Notes: generated from the letters alone by a model not told the origin. 64,000 nucleotides of DNA from a virus (IMGVR_UViG_3300036670_000258:33412-97411); one strand, 5' to 3'. Positions 42,173 to 50,466 are shown, counted from the first letter of the stretch. Translations and numbers: made by a program.

Positions 42173-42598
42173 TTAATCTACGTCGTCAGTGTCAACTGCA
42201 TGTTTCATTTCTTTTACTTCATTCATTTTCTTAGAGTAAGCCTCTGACATTCTATTTAAACAAGCTTCGTATGCCTCTGTTTCCATGTCTTCTTTCATTT
42301 GAGTCAAGCAACTAGATGATAAACCTGCGACTAATGACGCATTTTCAATCATATACGTTTCTATAGTATGATCGTCATGTGCATCTTCCTGATACATTTT
42401 TGCCTCAGATAACATTGCCTCATAACACTTCTCTAGCATTTCTGAAACGGGAATAACTTTATCTTCTACCTTTGCATTAAGATCAGCTTCTCCTTCTTCA
42501 TTGATTGTTGATTCAACTACCACAGTTTCTTCCACCTTTTTTAAATTTACATTTACTGTTTCTGAAACAAAAGTTTCAAATGATTTAATACTTGCCAT
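42173..42598 (-). CDS. hypothetical acidic protein
   Basis: 141-aa E/M-rich ORF; IKSFETFVSE N-terminus. Confidence 0.7.
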   Translation of the reverse strand: MASIKSFETFVSETVNVNLKKVEETVVVESTINEEGEADLNAKVEDKVIPVSEMLEKCYEAMLSEAKMYQEDAHDDHTIETYMIENASLVAGLSSSCLTQMKEDMETEAYEACLNRMSEAYSKKMNEVKEMKHAVDTDDVD

Positions 42599-42615
42599 AC
42601 TTATTTTATTTTATT

Positions 42616-42921
42616 TTATATATCTTTTTTAAAATAAGAGAAACTGTTCGGTATAATATATCTAGAGATTTTAAAAAAATAAATAAGAAAAAAAATAACT
42701 GAACCTCCGGGTAAGATAAATATCGTAACTAGCAATATTGTCTTTAACATATTCTTTAGTTGATTTGACACTTGGTTTTTTTCAACTAGAGATAATTTAG
42801 TATTATTTAGGAACGATGTATTAACTAATGTTAATACTTTTACAGTTTCAATCCATTCATTATTTAGTGCTCTTGTAAAAAGTATAGTATTTGTTTTTAA
42901 TTTAACAAAAGATTCATTCAC
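42616..42921 (-). CDS. hypothetical membrane protein (GTG start)
   Basis: C-terminal hydrophobic TILLVTIFILPGGSVIFFLIYFF (LETM1-like LPGG motif). Confidence 0.6.
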   Translation of the reverse strand: MNESFVKLKTNTILFTRALNNEWIETVKVLTLVNTSFLNNTKLSLVEKNQVSNQLKNMLKTILLVTIFILPGGSVIFFLIYFFKISRYIIPNSFSYFKKDI

Positions 42922-42945
42922 CGTTTTATATGTTTATGATATATA

Positions 42946-43866
42946 TTACCATTTTGAATCACTAATAAATTGTTTGTGATATTTTATTAAAGCTAATTCC
43001 TTTGCCTTGGCCTCTATCTCAATATCTAATGACATATCGTACGTTTCAATAAGATCATACAAATAATCAGCATGTGCCCTTAGGATTGATGTAGTATCTT
43101 CATACAATTGCTTAGATGAAGAGTAGTGGCATAATTGTCTTATACCTTTAGGCCATGTTAACGCTGCTAATTTAAGACCTTCTTCTTCAGAAATAACATC
43201 ATCATAGCAAAAATGGTGATGATAATCAAATGTAATTGGAGTGCCACATAGCTCATAGATTTTATAGAGATCTTTTACACCATATTGACTTGGCTTATCA
43301 TCATTCTCTAAAACTAGACGGGATGTTACATTTACAGGAAGTAGTTTAAAGTTTTTTGCAAATCTTTGAATAGCAGAATCCTTATCGCCATAACTACCAC
43401 CGACATGTATATTCATAGCAGCATAATGGGTTCTTGGTAAACCCATAAGATCCATAACATCGCCATGTTGTGATAGCTCTTGAATAGCACTATCAACTAC
43501 CCTTTGTGTAGGACTTGCTAACACATTAAAAGGACCTGGATGGAATGTTAAACGTTGGCTTGTTTTCTTTGCATAATCACCTGCCCTTTTTAACAAAACC
43601 TTGATTGCTTCGTAATTTGGAAGATCTGATAAATCGTATTCTGAACTCCATGGAAACATACTTGATGACATTCTATACATTGTAATTCCTTGTGCATAAT
43701 TCCATTCTAATATCTTAATCATATCAGTTAAATTTGCCTCTGCCAATTCACTTGCATATTTAATTCCCTTTGCATCGAATGTTCTTTTAATCATTCCTCT
43801 TCCAATCTTAACACCTGTTTTATCAAGAGTTAGATTAATACAACAATATCCAAAATCTGCACTCAT
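42946..43866 (-). CDS. uvsE: UV-damage endonuclease UvsE/UVDE
   Basis: GYCCIN, RLTFHPGPFNVLAS, NIHVGG, RLVLENDDK, FDYHHH, HADY, EIEAKAKELA; start moved to MSADF because ATG 43893 sits in the promoter motif. Confidence 0.92.
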   Translation of the reverse strand: MSADFGYCCINLTLDKTGVKIGRGMIKRTFDAKGIKYASELAEANLTDMIKILEWNYAQGITMYRMSSSMFPWSSEYDLSDLPNYEAIKVLLKRAGDYAKKTSQRLTFHPGPFNVLASPTQRVVDSAIQELSQHGDVMDLMGLPRTHYAAMNIHVGGSYGDKDSAIQRFAKNFKLLPVNVTSRLVLENDDKPSQYGVKDLYKIYELCGTPITFDYHHHFCYDDVISEEEGLKLAALTWPKGIRQLCHYSSSKQLYEDTTSILRAHADYLYDLIETYDMSLDIEIEAKAKELALIKYHKQFISDSKW

Positions 43867-43891
43867 CCTTTTATTTTTTTGTGTTTTTATC

Positions 43892-43952
43892 ATATGTAAA
43901 TATAATCAATATATAAGTTTTTTGAAAATTTAATGTGTTAATTTTTTGTTAA
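43892..43952 (-). promoter_or_regulatory. bipartite motif copy 1: TTAACA-N5-TTAACA-N29-ATTATATTTACATAT
   Basis: Upstream of uvsE; identical architecture at four other sites. Confidence 0.8.
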
Positions 43953-43953
43953 A

Positions 43954-44184
43954 TTATTTAGAGGATAAAAATGTTCTTATACTCATTAGCGCCCTTTCAG
44001 CAGAGTATGCCTCGTTTGCAGTTAGAACTTCTATATCTTGAAATAGTAATCCTCTGCCAACATTAGCAAATATAGTTCCTCCAATATGATCGATCGAATT
44101 AATACGATAAACACTAGAAGTATCTAATGTTACGATATAATCCGCTTTAATTAATCTTTCAATTCGTTCTTCAATTGATATCAT
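43954..44184 (-). CDS. hypothetical protein
   Basis: 76-aa ORF. Confidence 0.6.
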   Translation of the reverse strand: MISIEERIERLIKADYIVTLDTSSVYRINSIDHIGGTIFANVGRGLLFQDIEVLTANEAYSAERALMSIRTFLSSK

Positions 44185-44587
44185 TAATTGTTTTTGTTTT
44201 ATATGCTAATAAATAATCAGTGACTGCACATTGCCTTAATCCCTCTAATATAATGACATCCATTCCTTTACCTCCTATCTTACTAATAAAAGAAGAAATA
44301 TATTGAGCTGTGCTAATATTTTCATCATTATTTGTCATAATATCCTTTTGATTTAAAACGCCATTGATAGCCATTGAAACTAATCCACTGCATATCGCGT
44401 CAGTGACAGTACTATCATCTAAAAATCTTAATCCTGAATAATAATTTCCGGACTTTGGAAATTTTAAAATGATTTCCTCTTTTGTTTTTCGCATCCTAAA
44501 TAATGACACTGCGGTTAATAGTGTATTCCTTACATTTTCACACAGAGAAATATTACTAGTCGTTAGTTTAAAATTTTCACTCTTCAT
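44171..44587 (-). CDS. hypothetical protein
   Basis: ATG at 44587 (MKSENF) avoids overlap with the upstream gene. Confidence 0.6.
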   Translation of the reverse strand: MKSENFKLTTSNISLCENVRNTLLTAVSLFRMRKTKEEIILKFPKSGNYYSGLRFLDDSTVTDAICSGLVSMAINGVLNQKDIMTNNDENISTAQYISSFISKIGGKGMDVIILEGLRQCAVTDYLLAYKTKTINDIN

Positions 44588-44598
44588 TTTTTTGTTTT

Positions 44599-44916
44599 TT
44601 AAAATCGTGGCATGCCAATGTTTTGCATTAATTGACAATAAAATACTAAAGCGATTACATTAGTCGAGTCAGCTCGTCCGAATGCATTTCTAAGATCATT
44701 ATTTACAACTGCCTGTACAAAACCACCCCCAGCATATCCGATTTCCCATTTAGTGCATAGGATTGAAGTACCTATACCTATAATGTGATTTGCCTGGAGT
44801 TCGGTAATTCCGTTTAACCCCGTGTAATCTTTATTTTTAGATAAATAATCAGATACTACTTCTCTTATTTTTTCTATTTTTTCTAAAATAGAAATTTGTG
44901 TTGTATTTTTTTCCAT
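44599..44916 (-). CDS. hypothetical protein
   Basis: 105-aa ORF; GGGFVQAVVNNDL...RAD motif. Confidence 0.65.
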   Translation of the reverse strand: MEKNTTQISILEKIEKIREVVSDYLSKNKDYTGLNGITELQANHIIGIGTSILCTKWEIGYAGGGFVQAVVNNDLRNAFGRADSTNVIALVFYCQLMQNIGMPRF

Positions 44917-44927
44917 GTTTAAATATT

Positions 44928-45185
44928 TTAAAGTTTAGGATATTGGTTACATGTATCGAAGATTCTTGTAACTCTGGATGCTAGTTTAGTTTGTAGGTGA
45001 AGAGCCATTATTTGAAGATCTTCGTATAAATATCCATCGAATAAGCCGTATAGTAAATTTTGAAGATTAAACGATAAAGAATCTTCAATCTCATCAGAAT
45101 AACTAATTTCTTTTATAATTGAGATAATTTCATACCGTGTATCTTCTATCATGCATTCGTGCCTATTAAAAATTGAATAATTCAT
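44928..45185 (-). CDS. hypothetical protein
   Basis: 85-aa ORF directly downstream of two tandem motif copies. Confidence 0.65.
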   Translation of the reverse strand: MNYSIFNRHECMIEDTRYEIISIIKEISYSDEIEDSLSFNLQNLLYGLFDGYLYEDLQIMALHLQTKLASRVTRIFDTCNQYPKL

Positions 45186-45215
45186 ATTGATGGTGTTTAA
45201 GATTGATTAATTATT

Positions 45216-45276
45216 ATATATAAATCTAATCATTTTCTGATTAAAAAAGAAATAATTAGTGTTAATCTTTTGTTAA
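45216..45276 (-). promoter_or_regulatory. bipartite motif copy 2 (downstream box variant ATTAGATTTATATAT)
   Basis: TTAACA-N5-TTAACA at 45260-45276; 29-nt spacer. Confidence 0.75.
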
Positions 45277-45305
45277 TATACACATTACATTTGTTTTAAT
45301 TTGTT

Positions 45306-45366
45306 ATATGTAAATATAAACAAAAAAACCCTGATTTTTCAATCAGGGTTGTTAAAATTGTGTTAA
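45306..45366 (-). promoter_or_regulatory. bipartite motif copy 3
   Basis: TTAACA-N5-TTAACA at 45350-45366; 29-nt spacer containing a hairpin; TTTATATTTACATAT. Confidence 0.8.
45327..45350 (-). terminator. hairpin terminator inside the motif spacer
   Basis: AACCCTGATT-tttc-AATCAGGGTT with minus-strand T-run. Confidence 0.75.
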
Positions 45367-45370
45367 ATTT

Positions 45371-45715
45371 TTATTTCCAAAAGAGCTGAACACATAAGAT
45401 ACATATTGCCAATCCTAGTGATATTATCGTTTTAGTAGTTAATCCCTCATTCAGCATGAAATAAGTCAAGAAAGTAAATGTGAGCATGCCACACGAAAAT
45501 CCTATAAATCTGCTTGGCCAAACAATTCCACCATAATATTCTGCAATTAACTTAGTAGCAAATATAAACAAATAACTAATAATGGATCCTCCTATCATGG
45601 CAACTAAAACTGGATTCCTTTTAAACCATGGCCATATAAATTGACCATTAGTTTGTACCCAAACTAATGATTGTCCGACTATAAAAATAGATATTCCTAT
45701 TATTAAATTTTTCAT
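45371..45715 (-). CDS. small multi-TM membrane protein (DMT/SMR-like size)
   Basis: Four hydrophobic segments in 114 aa. Confidence 0.65.
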   Translation of the reverse strand: MKNLIIGISIFIVGQSLVWVQTNGQFIWPWFKRNPVLVAMIGGSIISYLFIFATKLIAEYYGGIVWPSRFIGFSCGMLTFTFLTYFMLNEGLTTKTIISLGLAICILCVQLFWK

Positions 45716-45717
45716 TT

Positions 45718-46350
45718 TTAAAAAAGAGATGAGGTTGAAGTTAACATGTGTGATATAAAACTTGGTCTGTGTACTTCACATGGACCTAATGTCTTAATGG
45801 CATTAATATGAGCTGAAGTTCCATATCCTTTATTCGAGTTCCAACCATATCCTGGATTTTCAATATCTAATTGTTTCATCATACTGTCTCTTTCGGTTTT
45901 TGCTAAAATACTAGCAGCTGCGATTGAAATATATTTATTGTCTCCTCCTACTATTGTTTCAAACGGCTTTCCTTCAAATCCATGGAATTGATCTCCGTCT
46001 ACTAGTATAAAATCAAACTTTACTTTTTTCTGAACTTCTTCTAAGCATCTCTGCATTCCCCTTAAGGTTGCTCTTAAAATATTAGTTGATTCTATTTCTG
46101 CAGGATATATATGTTCAATATGATATGCAATTGCGTTTTCTTCTACTATTAATCGAGCGTCTTTACGTTGCTGTTCGTTTAATAATTTTGAATCTTTAAT
46201 CAATACGTTTTCAAATCCAAATGGCATAATACATGCCGATACTGTTACGGGTCCTGAAAGAGCACCTCTTCCTGCCTCGTCAAGTCCTATTTCTATAATC
46301 GAAGAATCCCCTGAGTAGGAATGTTTAAGTAATATATTTCTAGTTTCCAT
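45718..46350 (-). CDS. rnhB: ribonuclease HII
   Basis: GLDEAGRG..SGPV, DSK, LVDG, IAAASILAKTERD, NKGYGT..H, HR.SF. Confidence 0.95.
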   Translation of the reverse strand: METRNILLKHSYSGDSSIIEIGLDEAGRGALSGPVTVSACIMPFGFENVLIKDSKLLNEQQRKDARLIVEENAIAYHIEHIYPAEIESTNILRATLRGMQRCLEEVQKKVKFDFILVDGDQFHGFEGKPFETIVGGDNKYISIAAASILAKTERDSMMKQLDIENPGYGWNSNKGYGTSAHINAIKTLGPCEVHRPSFISHMLTSTSSLF

Positions 46351-46396
46351 CTATATGTTTTATATAAGTTATATAGATGGATAGTATAATGTTTCT

Positions 46397-47110
46397 TTAT
46401 TTATTTGGATTTTCAAGCTTCCATTTATCATATCGTTTAACAACATCTTGTAAAATTTTTGCTCTTACAATATCTTTAATTTCAAATTGATGATGGCCTA
46501 CTCCATTTATTCCTTCCATTAATTTAATAAATCCAGGTAAACCTGCGTTTGCTTTAGGAATATCGTATTGACTGATATCTCCACTCACTAGTACTTTGGA
46601 AGTTTTACCCATTCTTGTAACAAAGAGAGTTAGTTGAGAAAAGGATGCGTTTTGTGCTTCATCTAAAATCATAAATGAGTCATCAAATGTATCTCCTCTC
46701 ATAAATGCAAGCGGTTTAAATTCAATTATGCCATGGTGAATTAAACTTTCAGTTAATTCATTACCAACAATTTTTTTAAAATTAGAAATATATGATTGCA
46801 TATATGGGTCTATTTTATCTGCAATATCACCTGGTAAAAATCCTAATTTCTCACCAGATTCCTGTATTGGTTTACAAAGGATTATTTTTTTTACTTTTTT
46901 TTCTGCAAGTAACATTAATGAAGAGTAGCATGCTGTATATGTTTTTGAAGTTCCAGCAGGACCTGAACAAAATGTGATTTGATTTTTTAAAATCTGTTGG
47001 ACGTATTCTCGCTGGCTATCTTTTAAATTAACACCTTTGATGTCATCTAATTTAACCGATATTCTTTTAACACCCGATGGTGATTCCGAAGTAGTCTTCT
47101 TTTGTTGCAT
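46397..47110 (-). CDS. phoH: PhoH-family ATPase
   Basis: GPAGTSKT, LGFLPGD..DKIDPY, MRG, ILDEAQN, LTR-like FVTRMG, SGDISQYD. Confidence 0.92.
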   Translation of the reverse strand: MQQKKTTSESPSGVKRISVKLDDIKGVNLKDSQREYVQQILKNQITFCSGPAGTSKTYTACYSSLMLLAEKKVKKIILCKPIQESGEKLGFLPGDIADKIDPYMQSYISNFKKIVGNELTESLIHHGIIEFKPLAFMRGDTFDDSFMILDEAQNASFSQLTLFVTRMGKTSKVLVSGDISQYDIPKANAGLPGFIKLMEGINGVGHHQFEIKDIVRAKILQDVVKRYDKWKLENPNK

Positions 47111-47123
47111 GGTTATGTTATAT

Positions 47124-47381
47124 TTAATCGCCTGTCATTATTACCAGGTCTTTTAATTTTTTTAAGATATCACATTTTTCATATTCTTCAGTTTCTATAA
47201 AATAAGCAAGCAAAACATCTATGAACATGCTTCTTTGTCCCTTTCCATGTGGAATGTCTATTGTGTTTTTACCGTCTTGATATACTATGAATCTGTTAAC
47301 TGTTTTTGTAAAGCTTTTAGTAATTATATTGTAGCTGGATCTCATCAGAGAGTCTCTTTCTTCTCCACTTACATTTTCCAT
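47124..47381 (-). CDS. small protein with C-terminal UVR-like helix (family member 1)
   Basis: YFIETEEYEKCDILKKLKD. Confidence 0.7.
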   Translation of the reverse strand: MENVSGEERDSLMRSSYNIITKSFTKTVNRFIVYQDGKNTIDIPHGKGQRSMFIDVLLAYFIETEEYEKCDILKKLKDLVIMTGD

Positions 47382-47473
47382 TATTGAATATTGTTTTTAA
47401 TAGTGGAAATAACTCCACCTACATTATATATTTATATGGTAACATGTTAAATATCCAGAAGTCTAAAAGGTTA

Positions 47474-47740
47474 TTATATTATAGCGGTAGTTTTTAGTTT
47501 AATTATTATTTTTTTAAGTTCTAGACATTTCTCATATGCCTCTCTTTCTAAAAAGAAATTTAATACACTTTGCACCCCTTCTATTTTATCGTTAATAGTT
47601 CCGTTATGCTTTAACGCACCCATTTTACTTTCTACTATTGAATTGTATATTAGCTCCATCATATCTTCCTTTGAAGAATTTTGTAGTTTTTTTAAAAATT
47701 GATTGCTATTTATGCTGTTGTATTCCTCTAATTCATCCAT
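47474..47740 (-). CDS. small protein with C-terminal UVR-like helix (family member 2)
   Basis: FFLEREAYEKCLELKKIII. Confidence 0.7.
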   Translation of the reverse strand: MDELEEYNSINSNQFLKKLQNSSKEDMMELIYNSIVESKMGALKHNGTINDKIEGVQSVLNFFLEREAYEKCLELKKIIIKLKTTAII

Positions 47741-47793
47741 CTCTGGTTTAAATTTTTTTAATAATATAATTTAGGCTTTAAAATCATTATAAA

Positions 47794-48597
47794 TTATATA
47801 TCGTATTTTATCTTATTTAATAGCTCTATTTGCTTATTGTTTAAAATGATATTACGCGTTCTTAATTTGACAAATAAGTTTCCAAATCCTTCATTATTAT
47901 ATATTGGCATTCCCTTACCAACTATTCTAAGGAGTTTAGAATCATAAGATCCTTGAGGAACCTTAATAATTACATTTTGTAGTTTATTTTTAATTTTAAA
48001 GTCACCTCCTAATATTAAATCAATCCAATCTAATTGGAGGTCTATATGTATATCGCTGCCGTTTATTATAATGTCTAAATCGTAAAGAACATTTACTGTT
48101 AAAATAATATCCCCTGGTGTTGAGCTAATACCATTAGTAGGGAGCGCACCTTTTCCACTTACTTTAAGTTTTGTGCCATTTGGAATTCCTTTAGGTATAT
48201 TAATATTAAATCCACCCGTGCCTACATCAATGTGTCTTAATGCTCCATAATAACATTCTTCCAATGAGATCGATATTGAAACCTTAATGTCAGCACCCTT
48301 TGTTACACCACCACTAAATGCGGTATTGAACATTTGTGAAAAATCATCACTAGAAAAAAAGTTAGTCCAATCGTATTGCGTATTTGGAGCTGACTTGTAT
48401 GTTGCTTCAGTATAGCCCTTTGTTTTACCTTCGATGCCTGTTAATGTATCATACGCATGTGCAATTTTTTTAAACTCAGTATCATCACCATTATTTACAT
48501 CAGGATGATGTAATTTTACAAGCTTGCGGTATGCCCTTTTAATATCCTCAGATGTGGCTTCACGAGATATGCCTAGTACTTTATAGTGATCTATCAT
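47794..48597 (-). CDS. dnaJ: DnaJ-family co-chaperone (type II, no zinc finger)
   Basis: J-domain HYKVLG...IKRAYRKL..LHHPD; C-terminal IPKG...LKVSGKG...PGDIIL and GKGMP...GNLFV. Confidence 0.9.
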   Translation of the reverse strand: MIDHYKVLGISREATSEDIKRAYRKLVKLHHPDVNNGDDTEFKKIAHAYDTLTGIEGKTKGYTEATYKSAPNTQYDWTNFFSSDDFSQMFNTAFSGGVTKGADIKVSISISLEECYYGALRHIDVGTGGFNINIPKGIPNGTKLKVSGKGALPTNGISSTPGDIILTVNVLYDLDIIINGSDIHIDLQLDWIDLILGGDFKIKNKLQNVIIKVPQGSYDSKLLRIVGKGMPIYNNEGFGNLFVKLRTRNIILNNKQIELLNKIKYDI

Positions 48598-48607
48598 ATC
48601 TTGTCAA

Positions 48608-48793
48608 TTAAACCTGTGTATTTAAAGTAGTTTTTGATTTTAAAGATTTTAAAGATTCCCTGGATAATTCTCTAGATTCTTTTATTTTTTTAGAATTTAA
48701 TGCTATTTCCCTTGATTGAGCATTTTGCATACAGGTCGCAATTATCAATAGAGCATCTGCGATTTTTTCTAAACTTTCTGCCTCTGTTTTCAT
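48608..48793 (-). CDS. hypothetical protein
   Basis: 61-aa ORF. Confidence 0.55.
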   Translation of the reverse strand: MKTEAESLEKIADALLIIATCMQNAQSREIALNSKKIKESRELSRESLKSLKSKTTLNTQV

Positions 48794-48807
48794 ATTAGTG
48801 TGTTTAT

Positions 48808-49065
48808 TTATTGTAGATGATATTCATATTCATCTATGATTTGTTTAATATTTTGACATTTTTCATACTCTTCAACTTCTAGAAATAATAAAATCATTTC
48901 GTGTAATGTATTAATAACAGGGGTGACGTCCATCCCTCTTTCTTTCATTTCATCGAGATCGATTCCCTTTGAAATTAACATATCGTAATTATCATTACAT
49001 AACTTAAACTTTAAGTTGTTAATTAATTCTGCTGTTGGTGGGTTAAATGCATCAAAATTTTCCAT
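48808..49065 (-). CDS. small protein with C-terminal UVR-like helix (family member 3)
   Basis: LFLEVEEYEKCQNIKQIID. Confidence 0.7.
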   Translation of the reverse strand: MENFDAFNPPTAELINNLKFKLCNDNYDMLISKGIDLDEMKERGMDVTPVINTLHEMILLFLEVEEYEKCQNIKQIIDEYEYHLQ

Positions 49066-49082
49066 ATATTGTTTGTTTTACT

Positions 49083-49143
49083 ATATGTAAATATAATCAT
49101 TTTAAATGAAAATAAAAAAATATAAATGTTAACTTTTTGTTAA
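49083..49143 (-). promoter_or_regulatory. bipartite motif copy 4
   Basis: TTAACA-N5-TTAACA at 49127-49143; N29; ATTATATTTACATAT at 49083-49097. Confidence 0.8.
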
Positions 49144-49146
49144 AAG

Positions 49147-49320
49147 ATTATTGTCTTAGATAATGAATCAACTATTAGTTTATTTATCTGATTTTGAATA
49201 TTGTTATTTGTGATAGAATCCACATAACGTGTTACTATTCCATTTTCTAATTTCAACAATTAGATACGTACTAGCAATCATACGCGTGTCATCAGTTGAT
49301 TCATTATCTAAGACAATAAT
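49147..49320. repeat. perfect 27-bp inverted repeat with 120-bp spacer
   Basis: ATTATTGTCTTAGATAATGAATCAACT (49147-49173) is the exact reverse complement of 49294-49320. Confidence 0.95.
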
Positions 49321-49407
49321 ATTTTCACAAAATTGTTAATAATGCCTTAGATAGTATGAAATCATCTCTTGCTCATTCCATAATGTAACGTATGCCCATA
49401 TTTTCAT
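49204..49407 (-). pseudogene. truncated GT2-like glycosyltransferase remnant with in-frame TAA
   Basis: Manual translation MKIWAYVTLWNEQEMISYYLRHY*QFCENIIVLDNESTDDTRMIA...; TAA at 49336-49338; GT-A N-terminal NE...DNxSTD pattern. Confidence 0.75.
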
Positions 49408-49409
49408 AA

Positions 49410-50135
49410 TTATACGATTATAGGCAAGTATGACATTTTTAAAAAAACATTTATAGTCGATTTAACATCAGACTCGCAATATGTTGCTATTTTTTCTAAA
49501 TTTCCATTCCAATATTCAAATGTAGTTTCATTTCCTCTCATTTCTGATTTAGGTGAAGGAATTTGAAGACACTCACATATTAAATCAAGTGAAGCACTAT
49601 TCCAACCTGCAAATTTCCAAATCTCATAACTATCTACTAAGCAGTTTTCCCATGGCTTCTTTTTTTGCAAGTGAAATTGAGATGGAGTTAACACATTGTT
49701 AATAATAGCCCTTTTAAGTAAAAACGGAAAGTCAAAGTTTTTTATATTATGACCTGTGAATTTTACATTAGGAATTTTATTAAATATAGAATTAGCAGTA
49801 CCCATGAATTCGGTTAATAATATCGATTCGTCATGACCGCTGAATGTTTTAATCCTTGCCATGTTTGGCATTTCGTTTTCATCAAATTGAATATGACCAA
49901 TTGATATAGTTACAATTTTAGCAAATTCGGGATTAAGAGCAGCCTTATCTATGTATATTTGATCATCCCTTAAACCGACACATGATTTTTCAGTGTCTCT
50001 ATAGAAATTTGCCTTTTTTTCCCACATTTTAGTTGCTCCGGGTCTTTTTTCTATAAATTCTTCGTATGTATGATATTCTGATACCGTTTCAATATCAATA
50101 AACATCATTGCCTTTAGTTCTTGAATGTTATACAT
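49410..50135 (-). CDS. DEDDy 3'-5' exonuclease (PolB-exo-like)
   Basis: FIDIETV, GHNIKNFDFPFL, YCESDV. Confidence 0.85.
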   Translation of the reverse strand: MYNIQELKAMMFIDIETVSEYHTYEEFIEKRPGATKMWEKKANFYRDTEKSCVGLRDDQIYIDKAALNPEFAKIVTISIGHIQFDENEMPNMARIKTFSGHDESILLTEFMGTANSIFNKIPNVKFTGHNIKNFDFPFLLKRAIINNVLTPSQFHLQKKKPWENCLVDSYEIWKFAGWNSASLDLICECLQIPSPKSEMRGNETTFEYWNGNLEKIATYCESDVKSTINVFLKMSYLPIIV

Positions 50136-50376
50136 TTTGATTGATTTTAAAAATGTTATAAATTGATATTGGATATGTTGTTTTTTTGCCGTGCTTATTT
50201 AGTTTTTCACTGTCATCACTCATCCAATACCATGCATGACCGTATATTTTCGTTAATGGTTCATCCAATTCAATAATAGGACCATTGAATTGACTTCCTG
50301 CAAATTTAAAATAATATTTTTCACCTATTTTTGGGTTTGGAACGCTGATAGTCTGTACTTTTAAATTCTTTGCCAT
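50128..50376 (-). CDS. hypothetical protein
   Basis: ATG at 50376 (MAKNL) preferred; track start 50433 is inside the hairpin/motif. Confidence 0.6.
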   Translation of the reverse strand: MAKNLKVQTISVPNPKIGEKYYFKFAGSQFNGPIIELDEPLTKIYGHAWYWMSDDSEKLNKHGKKTTYPISIYNIFKINQNV

Positions 50377-50405
50377 ATTGTATATGTTTAGTTGTTTTAA
50401 TTTGT

Positions 50406-50466
50406 ATATGTAAATATAATCAAAAAACTCCATATTAAAAAATATGGAGTGTTAAAGTTTTGTTAA
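50406..50466 (-). promoter_or_regulatory. bipartite motif copy 5
   Basis: TTAACA-N5-TTAACA at 50450-50466; N29 containing a hairpin; ATTATATTTACATAT at 50406-50420. Confidence 0.8.
50427..50450 (-). terminator. hairpin terminator inside the motif spacer
   Basis: ACTCCATATT-aaaa-AATATGGAGT with minus-strand T-run; downstream of the GT gene. Confidence 0.75.

Noticed and set aside
42173-42598. Fifth member of the YEKC/UVR family (MLEKCYE, EAYEAC)
   Set aside because: The motif is not C-terminal and lacks the [FY]xExExYEKC spacing; the resemblance is probably compositional.
49147-49320. 27-bp inverted repeat as a phase-variation switch that restores the GT
   Set aside because: Flipping the 120-bp spacer gives ...NEST-ISLFI-stop, so no ORF is restored; the upstream TAA remains and no invertase is nearby.
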